From Octopus bimaculoides (Eukaryota), in assembly GCF_001194135.2 (NCBI RefSeq), contig NC_068991.1, forward strand, positions 17,036,752-17,100,751: DNA of 64,000 bases, written 5' to 3'. A program made the translations under genes and the position numbers. Below the pieces are notes generated by a model. That model was not told where the DNA came from, did no database searches, and saw only the letters and a list, made by a program, of their open reading frames with translations. Shown piece after piece: positions 25,716 to 36,250 of this stretch (positions within the stretch are counted from its first letter, which is position 1; each line of letters opens with the position of its first letter).

Positions 25716-27514
25716 GCTTCTTTCAATTTCCGTCTACCAAATCCACTCACAAGGCTTTGGTCGGCCCGAGACTATAGCAGAAGACACTTGCCCAAGGTGC
25801 CACACAGTGGGACTGAACCCAGAACCATGTGGTTGGTAAGCAAGCTACTTACCACACAGCCACTCCTGCGCCTATATATGCATACAACAACCTTCTTTCA
25901 GTTTCCCTCTACTAAATCCACTAACAAGGATTTGGTCAGCCCAGGGCTATAATAGAAAAGACACTTGCATAAGATGTCACACAATGGGCCTGAACCCAGA
26001 ACCATGTGATTGGGAAGCAAATTTTTTACAACACTGCCCCACCTACGTCTATATACTTGTTTTTCTTTTCTTTTTTCTTTGTTATCATTTAGGCATGTTG
26101 GCTTTCTGCAAGTGCTTCAGATTTAATGTTGTCAAGTTATGCGACTTGTAAATACAAACAAGACTTAAAGGTTCTCTCTCTCTCTCACCAACACGTTTTC
26201 ACCAGACACTCCTTTAGTTTCATGTGAAATTACTGAAATAATTTCTCGTTAGAGTACAATAGCGAACATTCTATTTACTTTTACTACTATGATATCTTGG
26301 TCACTGTGTGTGTATGTTATACGTTGTTTGATGACCCAACTTCGACGTTCAGTAAATGGATGGGTTTATTTTATTATATATATATATACATATAAAACTA
26401 GAAACACACCTATATTAATATATATTCTTTCATTCGTTCGTTGTGAAGTTGCATAAGTGACTCAAGAACGTAGAGTTCCGTGTGTCTGAGTTTGATAACT
26501 TAGCCCCTGATCATCAAAGACGCTCCGGACATGACCACTCCGTTGTTTTCATTTTGCAGATATAGTATACTTGAGATTACGTTACCAAGTGTAACCCCTC
26601 CTTATTATTGAAAGGCGTTCCACTCGTGACTAACCAGTCTTTTTTGTTTTTTTGTTTTTAAAGAAAACATTTGTAATTCTACGAATACACTGTCCAATGT
26701 GACACGTGATCTTACATTTTGTAAGACTGTTAGATACGAATCAGTGGAGTTTTGGTTTCTATTTCTAGCAGTTCAAACGACCACATTGTGACTCCTTGTT
26801 TAAGTGCTTGTAAATGGGAAAGGATTGGTGTGTACGCGCCTGTACTTGTGTGTGTGTACGTGCGTGTTGGCGATAGTGTTTGCAACAGCGAGAGAGAGAG
26901 ACTATGAAAGAAGGTGATGCGATACGATATGTGTGGTGTAATGCTTTGATGTGTGTACGCGTGTGAATTAGCTACACCTTTGTGCGGTTGTGAGTGGGTG
27001 TCTCACATAATTAGTGAGACAGTGTAGTGCAAAAGAGTTTGTAGTTCTCGTGGTCTTTTTCAGTTGAAATCTCGATATATATTTTATGTCTGTATAGGTG
27101 TGTACATGTATGTGTGTGAAAATAAGAGTATTTTTGTGAGTGTGCTTGAGAAAGAAATTTTATGCAATACGCGTGTGTGTGTGCGTGTGTGCATGTCCAG
27201 ATAGGTGTTCGTATGTTTGTGTGTGTGTATAACTATTTATTTATTTATTTATTTATTTATTTATGTGTTTCAGCCAAGTGGCTGCGGTCATGCTGGTGCA
27301 CCACCGTGAGACTATGATCGTGTAAGTGAAACCATATGAAATAGCCTCCTGTGTGTGTGTGTGTGTGTGTGTTATTTGCATACGTTTGTATTTACTTTTT
27401 TTTTCTGGTTTCAGCCAGAGATTGCTGCCATGCTGGAGCACATGTACGAGTACCTCATGCTTGTGTAACTATTTGTTTCAATGGTTAGATTTGACTTTAT
27501 GTGTATATGTGTGT

Positions 27515-27555
<41 letters not shown>

Positions 27556-27999
27556 TGGATAGATAGATAGATAGATAGAAAACTGTTTTTAATTTCTTGA
27601 CTGTGGTGGTGATGATGGTGATAGATTGTGTGTGAGTTTCTAATTGTTTCAGTGTGTGCGTGTGCGCGCACAATACACGGGTGTCTATGTGAGTGCATGT
27701 ATGTGTGAGTGTTTGAGTATATTTGCGTTTTTATAAGTATTCTATGTGTGTGTGTGTGTGTGTGTGCAGTAGGACGTGCTGCGCCTTTACAGTAATGTGA
27801 CACATGACTCGGGGAAAACAACAGTGTCTGTCAAAACTACCCTCCTCCCCTTCTTTCCTCTCTGCTTTCATCACGTTGTTTTTCAACCTTAAATCGGGAC
27901 TTTTTTTTTTTTTTGTCACTACTGCGAATGGACAGACAGTGTGAGCCTNNNNNNNNNNTTTTTTTTGTCACTACTGCGAATGGACAGACAGTGTGAGCC

Positions 28000-28096
28000 T
28001 TTTAATATAAGATACCAGGCACATACACACACCGTCACCTTAGAACATAGTACCAAATAGATCGGAGCAAAGAGCCAGATGAGTAGTTTAGCCGAG
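28000..28096 (+). other. Candidate first leader (5' UTR) exon of the ZNF gene
   Basis: Strong donor GAG|GTAAGA at 28097 in a CpG-retaining region (about 27770-28530). The 5' boundary is unknown. Confidence 0.35.
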
Positions 28097-29878
28097 GTAA
28101 GAATTAGTTTAGCCTTCGATAGGGAAACAAACTCCCATACCGTATAATTCTTCTCTCTTTTGAATTGTGTCTTTCATAGCTATACAAATACATACATACA
28201 TTTCTCTCACTCCCTCTCTGTCTCTCTCTCTCGCACACACACACACACAGAAAAATTTGAATTAACAATCGAGAGGAAAACTATACTAACACCAAGATTC
28301 AAATTATATATATATATTATAAGACCATCTATTACATATATATTGTATTGTATCTCGGGCGGGTCAGCTGATGGTTCACTCCGTCGCTTCTCTGATTATT
28401 ATTATTATTATTTTTTTTTTTTTTTTGTTAACCTGTATGTGTGTGCGATCCTTAAGGTGACAAGATCTTTTTTTTGCCACCTTGAAGGATCGATCGCACC
28501 TAAGGAAGAAACTCGGTGTGGCTGGCGATGATGGAGAAAAATCATCAGGTTGTTTATTTATCTTTTACTTGTTTCAGTCATTTGACTGCAGCCATGCTGG
28601 AGCACCGCCTCGAAGGATTTTAGTTGAACAGATCGACCCTAAGACTTGTTTTTTTTTTTAACTCTAGTACTTATTCTATCGGTTTCTTTAAACAACCAAC
28701 ACCAGTTGTCAAGCGTTGGTGGGGAACACACATACACACACACACATATATATATATATCAGGTTTCTTTCAGTTTCCGTCTACCAAATCCACTTACAAG
28801 GCTTTGGTCGGCCCGAGGTATGTAGTAGGAGACACTTGCCTAAGGTGCCACGCAGTGGGACTGAACCTAGAACCATGTGGTTGTGAAGAAAGCTTCCTAC
28901 CACACAGCCACGCCTGCGCCTCTTACCGTCCCAGACGGTGGAACTCAAGGTAGAAAAAGCTATAAATAAAACAGTGTAAACATTAGTTTCGAATTTTGGC
29001 ACAGGGCCGGGAAGTTCGAGGAAGCGAGTAAGTCGGTTTCCATGGACTCCAGTATTCAGTTGATACTTATTTTATCGACTCCGACAGGATGAAGGGCAAA
29101 GTCGATCTCAGTGGAATAGTAAAAAAAAATAAAAAATAAAAAAACCTTGGGTGGGAAACGTTGGACACGAACCCACATTTATATATGTGTGCACTTCTCT
29201 CCCCCCCTCTCTCTCACACACACATTCACTCATTGAGTTGCAGGAATGGTTCAATGCTGGATCAAATAATGTGTTGTCTAGTATTTCAAGTTTTATCCAT
29301 CTGCATTAGTTCGGGGTTCAAATTGCATTCCATCCAAGGGTGGGGTGTATTTTTGCAACTATTTCCTCCTAAATAGAATTAATAACCGAGAGCCTATATG
29401 TACTACAGTTTAGCGAATTAATAATACACACACCCTCTCATCTAAATTCATAACTGTTTATCAATCGAAAATATTGTATTAATGTGTAATGTGTCATTCA
29501 CGATAAAAGAGCGTCGGGCAAAGTGTCTCCAAGTCCTTAGTTATGTCCCTTTGCATTCTGGTTTCAAGTCCCACTGAAGCTAGCTTTACATTTTATTCTT
29601 CCGTGGTCGATAACATAAAGTAACAATACTGGGGTCATTTTAATCCATTTTTTCCCATCACCCTGTAGATTTATGTCCTAAGTTTTTTAAAGAATCCGAA
29701 GCGCAGCGAACAACGATCAGTGCAATATTTAAGTTACGTTTCTTTGGTCAACTCTGCTTTTTTGTCTATCTGGAATCGATCAAATCTATACCAGTTGAGT
29801 ACTGAGGTCCGTGGTACAATGACTTTGTAGTTTGTCAGGACACTGCTTCTTTCAAATATAAATACTTCCCATCTTCCA

Positions 29879-30105
29879 CCACAACCTTCTCTCACTCTTA
29901 CTTCCTGTTTCCGTTGTGACTGTAATTCAAAGGGTCAGCCTTGTCACACTGTGTCACGCTGAATATCCCCGAGAACTACGTTAAGGGTACACGTGTCTGT
30001 GGAGTGCTCAGCCACTTGCACGTTAATTTCACTAGCAGGCTGTTCCGTTGATCGGATCAACTGGAACCCTCGACGTCGTAAGCGACGGAGTGTCAACAAC
30101 AACAA
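29879..30105 (+). mobile_element. 5'-truncated copy of the 15963-16350 SINE
   Basis: High identity to 16125-16350 by eye. Confidence 0.85.
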
Positions 30106-30419
30106 TTCCCTCTATTAACCTGAGCACTATATAAGATAAACTCATATGTATTGTTAAGGTGACAAGCTGCAGAATCTTTAGTATAGTGCACAAAATGCCT
30201 AGTGACATTTCTTCCTACTCTTTATGTCTTGAGGTCAACTTTACCTTTCATCCTTTCAAGATCAATGAAATAAGCGCTTGTTGATTTCTAGGGTTGGTGT
30301 CTCCCTCGAAATTTCGTCTTTGTGCCTATAGTAGAAAGAATTATTACTATCAAAATAACTTTATTATTAAACTGATGTTTGGAATAAAAAGTAACAAAGA
30401 ATTTTGATAAGTTTTAACC

Positions 30420-30728
30420 CAGGGTTTCTCAACTGGGGTCCATATAAGATTATTGGGGTCCACGGATGCAATATAGTAAATTGGGGTCCGTGGTAATTTT
30501 TCAGGGGCCATGAAAAAATTTTGCTTCAGACCAGTAAAGTTCACATGTAATAAACTGGTTATACATTCACAATACACAAAATATTTTAACAATTTTTATA
30601 CAAGTCCTAATAATATTTAATTATGAAAACACAATAGGATTTTCTAAACATCAAATGGCTATGGGAGTCCACCCAAGTAAAATAGGAATCAGAGGGTTCC
30701 ATAGGTAAAAAATGGTTGAGAACCCTTG
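30420..30728. mobile_element. hAT MITE
   Basis: TIR CAGGGTTTCTCAAC / GTTGAGAACCCTTG; perfect 8-bp TSD TTTTAACC at 30412-30419 and 30729-30736. Confidence 0.88.
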
Positions 30729-31409
30729 TTTTAACCGTTTAGCATGCAGTTTACTTTATCAAATATAATTTATTCACATTGCTTTGAATTAATCATGTAC
30801 CATCTTACAGCTTCATGACTTCATCCTTGTGGCAAAATTTGAAACCGTTATTATTATTGTTGTTGATATTATTATTATTATTATTATTAGCAGCAGCAGC
30901 AGCGGTGAGCTAGCTGAACCATTAGCACATCAGACAAAATGCTTAGAGGCATTTCATCCATCTTTATGTTCTGAATTCAAATTCCACCGAGGTCAACCTT
31001 GCCTTTTATCCTTTCAATAAACTAGATACCAGTTCAGTAGTGGAGGTGAGGATCAATGTAATTAACTTATCCTCCGCCAAAATTTCAGGCCTTGTGTCTA
31101 TAGTAGTAGGTAGAGCTATATCTTGCGATTAACAGACACATTTGTCCATTCCTACGCAAAATCAAAATCGTCATTGTCCCTATTGTAACTTCATAGCAAA
31201 ATCCATACCGGCACTGAAATTACATTCATGTATCCGTCACAAATACAGCTTCTTTCATTTAACTGATCTTATCAAAGTTACTTCCCTTCACTTGTTCTTT
31301 ATTTTTAAACTTTTCAAAATTTCTAGAGGGAGGTTTTTGTAGTTTTTTTCTTTGTTTTGCTATTTTCACCCTTTTTTTTTTGTCTCTTAATTTCTTTCGA
31401 TAATCTCAG

Positions 31410-31610
31410 CCAATCGAAGTTATTCAATTGACTATTTTACATATGTCAAAGCCTATTGCATCTGTCAGACTGTTGACCTGCCAGTCATTCCTGTCACCAC
31501 CATTAATAGTATCAGCAGCTGCTGCTGCTAAGAGAACCAGCAACAAAAATGTCTGCTCACCTGAGATTATTAGCTTGAATATATGTAACAGTTTTGTTAT
31601 ACACATTCAG
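31410..31610 (+). other. Candidate leader exon of the ZNF gene
   Basis: Long polypyrimidine tract plus ctcag acceptor; CAG|GTAAAT donor; unique sequence. Confidence 0.45.
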
Positions 31611-32254
31611 GTAAATACAATGTGATGGCTAATGAAATTTGATACAGTGAACTGGTGAAAGAATGTTTCATGGGGAATAAGGGAATGGGATGTCTAGTTA
31701 TTTATTCATTTTCCCCTTCTACTGTTTTTTCTCCCTTTTATTTTATTTTATTTTATTTTTTATTTTTTTAAGTGGTGACTGTGTGCAAGGATGAAATGTC
31801 ATGCTGTTCCTCTTGTCACAACTTCAAATATATGAAATACTGAGGTAATAGCTGACTACCTGCTAGATCACATGACTAACAATCATATGGATTGAGATAC
31901 TTCATCTTGCATTCAAGTCAGTATATAATATAAATAAAGCAAAAAATAAAGCCATACTAAACATGTAACCTTTCCCACGAAATTAGATATTACAACATAC
32001 GCGCACACACAAATGAGCATATTTATATGTATGTACATACATATATATAAAAATGAGCATATATTATATAAATGAATATATATATATATATACACACACA
32101 GCATTAGGAAGGGCATCCAGCTGTAGAAACTTTGCCAAATCAGATTGGAGCCTGGTGTAGCCATCTGGTTTCACCAGTCCTCAGTCAAATCGTCCAACCC
32201 ATGCTAGCATGGAAAGCGGACGTTAAACGACGACGACGACGACACACATACACA

Positions 32255-32950
32255 CAGAGTCATGCAGGAAGTAAATAGACACCTTTAATTTTCAAAATCT
32301 TTTATTTAATATGCAAAGCAAACAATTGAAATGTAATTGATAGGTAGGACTACATACTTAAGTATTTAGTTGACATTCCCTTTGCAGTTTTTAATTCAGA
32401 AACTCTTTTTGGCATTGAACTGATGAGCTTTGTGATTGTCTCTTGTGGAATTTCTGCCCACTTTTCATGCAACAATCGAAACAATTCATCTTTAGATTTA
32501 GGTTTCTGCTGAGTTTTTCGTATAGCTTTATCTAATATGCTCCAAAGATTTTCAATTGGGTTCATGTCAGTAGATTGGCTCAGCCAAGGAAACGTTTTGA
32601 TCCCATTTTCAGTCAGCCATTGGTTGATTCCTTTTCGCTGTGTGGCATGGAGCCCCATCTTCCATGAATAAAAACTCATTTTTCATTATGTTATCGTGTG
32701 AATACATCGGAAGTAGCCCTTGCTTAAGTATTTCAATGTATTTTTTAGAGTTTATTGTTCCAACACATTCGATCAGCTCAGAACGACCAATGCTGGTAAC
32801 AGCTCCCCATACCATTACAGAGATACCGCCATGTTTTACAGTTGGTTGGAGTCGTTTCAAATCAAATTCATGATTGGGAAGCCTCCAGACCCAAACACGT
32901 CCACTGTCTGAAAATAATGCAAATCTGGATTCATCTGACAAAGACAATGA
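32255..32950 (-). mobile_element. Tc1-like transposon remnant (DD34E transposase C-terminal half, one +1 frameshift)
   Basis: SDESRF...VKHGG.SVMVWG...DGAPCH, frameshift near 32630, then W..QSTDMNPIENLW...SMPKR. The spacing is D34E after removing one base. TIR-like cagagtcatgcaggaagtaaatagacacc at 32255. Confidence 0.9.
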
Positions 32951-32959
32951 CATTGCTTC

Positions 32960-33310
32960 TGTGAGAGGATGAATCAAACTACGTGATCAGATTATGATGT
33001 TCTCAGAGAAAGTTGTAGAACTATTGATGTGTGATTGAGTAGACCTAGATGAGCTACAGTTTGGCTTCTTGCTCAAAAGAGGTACCACAGATGCTATCTT
33101 CTTAGTGAGGCAACTAAAGGAGAAATACTTAGTTAAAAATAAACCATTATTCCTGGTTTTTGTTGATTTGGAGAGGGCCTTGAAAGAGTACTTAGTAATC
33201 TGATGGTCATTGAGGAAACTAGATGTAGATGAATGACTTGTGAGAGTTGTACAAACGATATACAATGATGCAGTGAGTAAAGTGAGAGTTGTCAATGATT
33301 TCAGTTACAG
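32960..33310 (+). mobile_element. RTE-clade LINE reverse-transcriptase fragment (decayed)
   Basis: Plus-strand translation QFGF..RGTTDAIFLVRQL.EKY...FVDLERA..WSLRKL.V.E.LVRVV, with stops. Confidence 0.8.
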
Positions 33311-35118
33311 AATTTAGCATCCTTCTCCTTCCTGTTCTTCCTTCTCCTTTTCCCCCTTCTCCTTTTCCCTATCTCCTTGTTCTTCCTTTCTCCTTCTCCT
33401 GTTCTTTCTGTTCCTCTTCCTTTGCTGCCAACAACAACAACATCAATATTAGACACCAGTAGGACCTACATACAGCCATTTGATGTGCTATAAATAGAAG
33501 CCAAGTGTCTTAAGATTCACACTTACTCACTTAACAAAATGGGACAGGAAACATTGGATAATGTAGTCCACTACTCCTCTTTAAAAAAGAAGGGATGGTC
33601 ATAGCTGAAATACCTTTGTTCATAGACCTGCTTGATTAGAGCTGGCCTAGGGTTATACACCAATACCAATAAAAAATATTTACATGTATGTATGTGTATG
33701 TGTGTGTATGTACACATGTAAGTTACAATTCCTCCAGTTTTCTTCCTCCCCTCTTTTCTGTCTATGTCTAATCTATCTTTCTGAAGAAGATTAAATACTC
33801 AAAATATTAAAGACATTTCCTGAGTGTCAAACTAGCACCAATTCTGTTTTGTCTTTGAATTTCTTCATCTCTCCTTTGTGTTGTATTTTTCATTACCTCT
33901 GCACCATCTTACATATAATCCTTTCTATTATAGGCGCAAGGCCTGAAATTTGGGGAAAGGGGGATAGTCGATTACATCGACCTCATTACTCAATTGGTAC
34001 TTAATTTATTAACCCCAAAAGGATAAAAGGTAAAGTCGACCTTGGCAGAATTTGAACTCAGAATATAGCAACGGGTGAAATACCTCTAAGCATTTCGTCC
34101 AGAATGCTAACAATTCTTTTCTCCTCTAGGCACAAGGCCTGAAATTTTGGGGGAAGGGGCCACTCGATTAGATCGACCTCAGTACATGACTGGTACTTAA
34201 TTTATCATCCCCAAAAGGATGAAAGACAAAGGCAACCTGGTGGGATTTGAACTCAGAACGTAAAGACAGACAAAATACCACTAAGCATTTCGCCCAGCGT
34301 GCTAATGTTTCTGCCAGCTCGCCGCCTTCCACCATCTTACATATAATAAAACGCAATGTGTCTCCTTGGCCACGCTGGGGAAAGAACAGTAATACAACTA
34401 ATGGAGTGGATGTGGGTGACAGTCAGAGACACTAAACGCAGACCAACTGCATTCAAATGTTTTGCTCTGAAGATGTATATATTCTAGGGCCAACCAAAGG
34501 CCTGTGATTAGATTTGGTACATGAAAACTGAAAGAGCTCCGTATGTATGTATGCACACACACACACGTATATATATATATGTATTATTTATTTATTGCCC
34601 ACAAGGGGCTAAACATAGAGGGGACAAGCAAAGACAGACAAAGGGATTAAGTCGATTACATCGACCCCAGTGCGTAACTGGTACTTAATTTATCGACCAC
34701 GAAAGGATGAAAGGGAAAGTCGACCTCGGCGTATATATATATATATGTATGTGTGCCTATATGTACATGTACATTATGTGTGGGTGTGTGCAGGCACACA
34801 CACATGCATTATGTGGACAATATTTTCAACCAAGACCTTAGAACCATATTTGATTCTTCAAGTGCTTCAATTCTGTTTATGTTCATATATTTTCCAGATT
34901 GCTGACATTTATTAATGGTTTTTTCCGTTGTGCTGATGAGCCATTTTCTATTATTTATAAAACATTGAATGGAAATCCTACATGATGTCAGTGCAGCTTG
35001 GTGTGACTCCAAAACACTGTAATTGCCATTTGGTATCATTAGGCTAAAATCAGCATAGTAAAATAGGGGCTTTTATATGCATACTCAAAATATTTCCTGT
35101 AAATGTACTTAAAGGTTT

Positions 35119-35183
<65 letters not shown>

Positions 35184-35184
35184 T

Positions 35185-35562
35185 TGGCTGTGTGGTAAGT
35201 AGCTTGCTTACCAACCACATGGTTCCGGGTTCAGTCCCACTGCGTGGCACCTTGGGCGAGTGTCTTCTACTATAGCCTCAGGCCAACCAAAGCCTTGTGA
35301 GTGGATTTGGTACACGGAAAATGAAATAAGCCCGTCATATATATGTATATGTGTTTGTGTGTCTTTGTTTGTCCACCTAGCATTGCTTGACAACCGATGC
35401 TGGTGTGTTTATGTCCCCGTCACTTAGCGGTTCGGCAAAAGAGACCGATAGAATAAGTACTAGGCTTACAAAGAATAAGCACTGGGGTCGATTTGCTCGA
35501 CTAAAGGTGGTGCTCCAGCATGGCCGCAGTCAAATGACTGAAACAAGTAAAAGAATAAAAGA
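35185..35562 (+). mobile_element. Full-length SINE family B (tRNA head, CORE-like ccttgggcaagt segment, internal (GT)n)
   Basis: Head tggctgtgtggtaagtagc...ggttcagtcccac, tail gactgaaacaagtaaaag. Other copies at 1-190, 14073-14347(-), 25710-25870(-), 28562-28916(-), 51038-51425(-) and many fragments. Confidence 0.85.
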
Positions 35563-35617
35563 GTATATGTATATTTATTTATTCTCTAATATCTTTCTTT
35601 TTTTTTCTTTTTTTCAG

Positions 35618-35790
35618 TCAGATTCCTTCTTATATTCTGGAGACATTGGATCCTGGAATTCTGATTGCAAGATGTCTGTTACTAATGTGATAATTTAAAT
35701 GATGCAAGTTACCGTTATCCATCATCACTGTCAACATACACACAGTTTGAATATTCTTTTATTATATGCCAACTTCAGAATACAGAAGAA
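35618..35790 (+). other. Candidate leader exon of the ZNF gene
   Basis: Strong tttttttcag acceptor; weaker GAA|GTAAAT donor. Confidence 0.4.
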
Positions 35791-35793
35791 GTA

Positions 35794-35826
<33 letters not shown>

Positions 35827-36250
35827 TAGCTATAACCAAGCCTCATTGGCTGCATGGAGGTATTAGAGATTTTTAAACAAGCTATCAATATAATAAATTT
35901 TCCAACTTGATCCATCATCAATATGATTATTAAAGAAATTTTCAGGGTAAAATGGAACTATTTTTAAACAAAATCATATATTGAAAACAAATAATTTTAA
36001 AAGTTAAAAGATTTTATTTAATAAGGAAAACAGAGAAAGGAAACTTATGATTTTAAGATATAACTTTACCAAGATGAGAATTTATTGTCCATTTCACTTT
36101 CAGATTATCCCTTTGGGTTCATGCAGGTCCAGCCAAAATGTTTGGTTCATACTCTGATTTTTCAGGTCTTGATATAAGATCGATAGATCCCACATACTTC
36201 AACATCAACAAAAATAATAAAATTGAAGAAATCACTTCGATCTTGTTACC

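Noticed and set aside
2376-25777. Many long ORFs full of X, or of YI/CV/I/N runs
   Set aside because: They read through N-gaps and (TA)n, (GT)n or (TAT)n microsatellites and are not coding evidence.
27907-28000. Exact direct duplication around a 10-N gap
   Set aside because: Identical sequence on both sides of a minimal gap indicates an unmerged contig overlap.
33315-33425. Homopyrimidine tract (possible triplex DNA)
   Set aside because: A degenerate (CTT/CCT) microsatellite with no clear mirror symmetry; such tracts are common in this genome.
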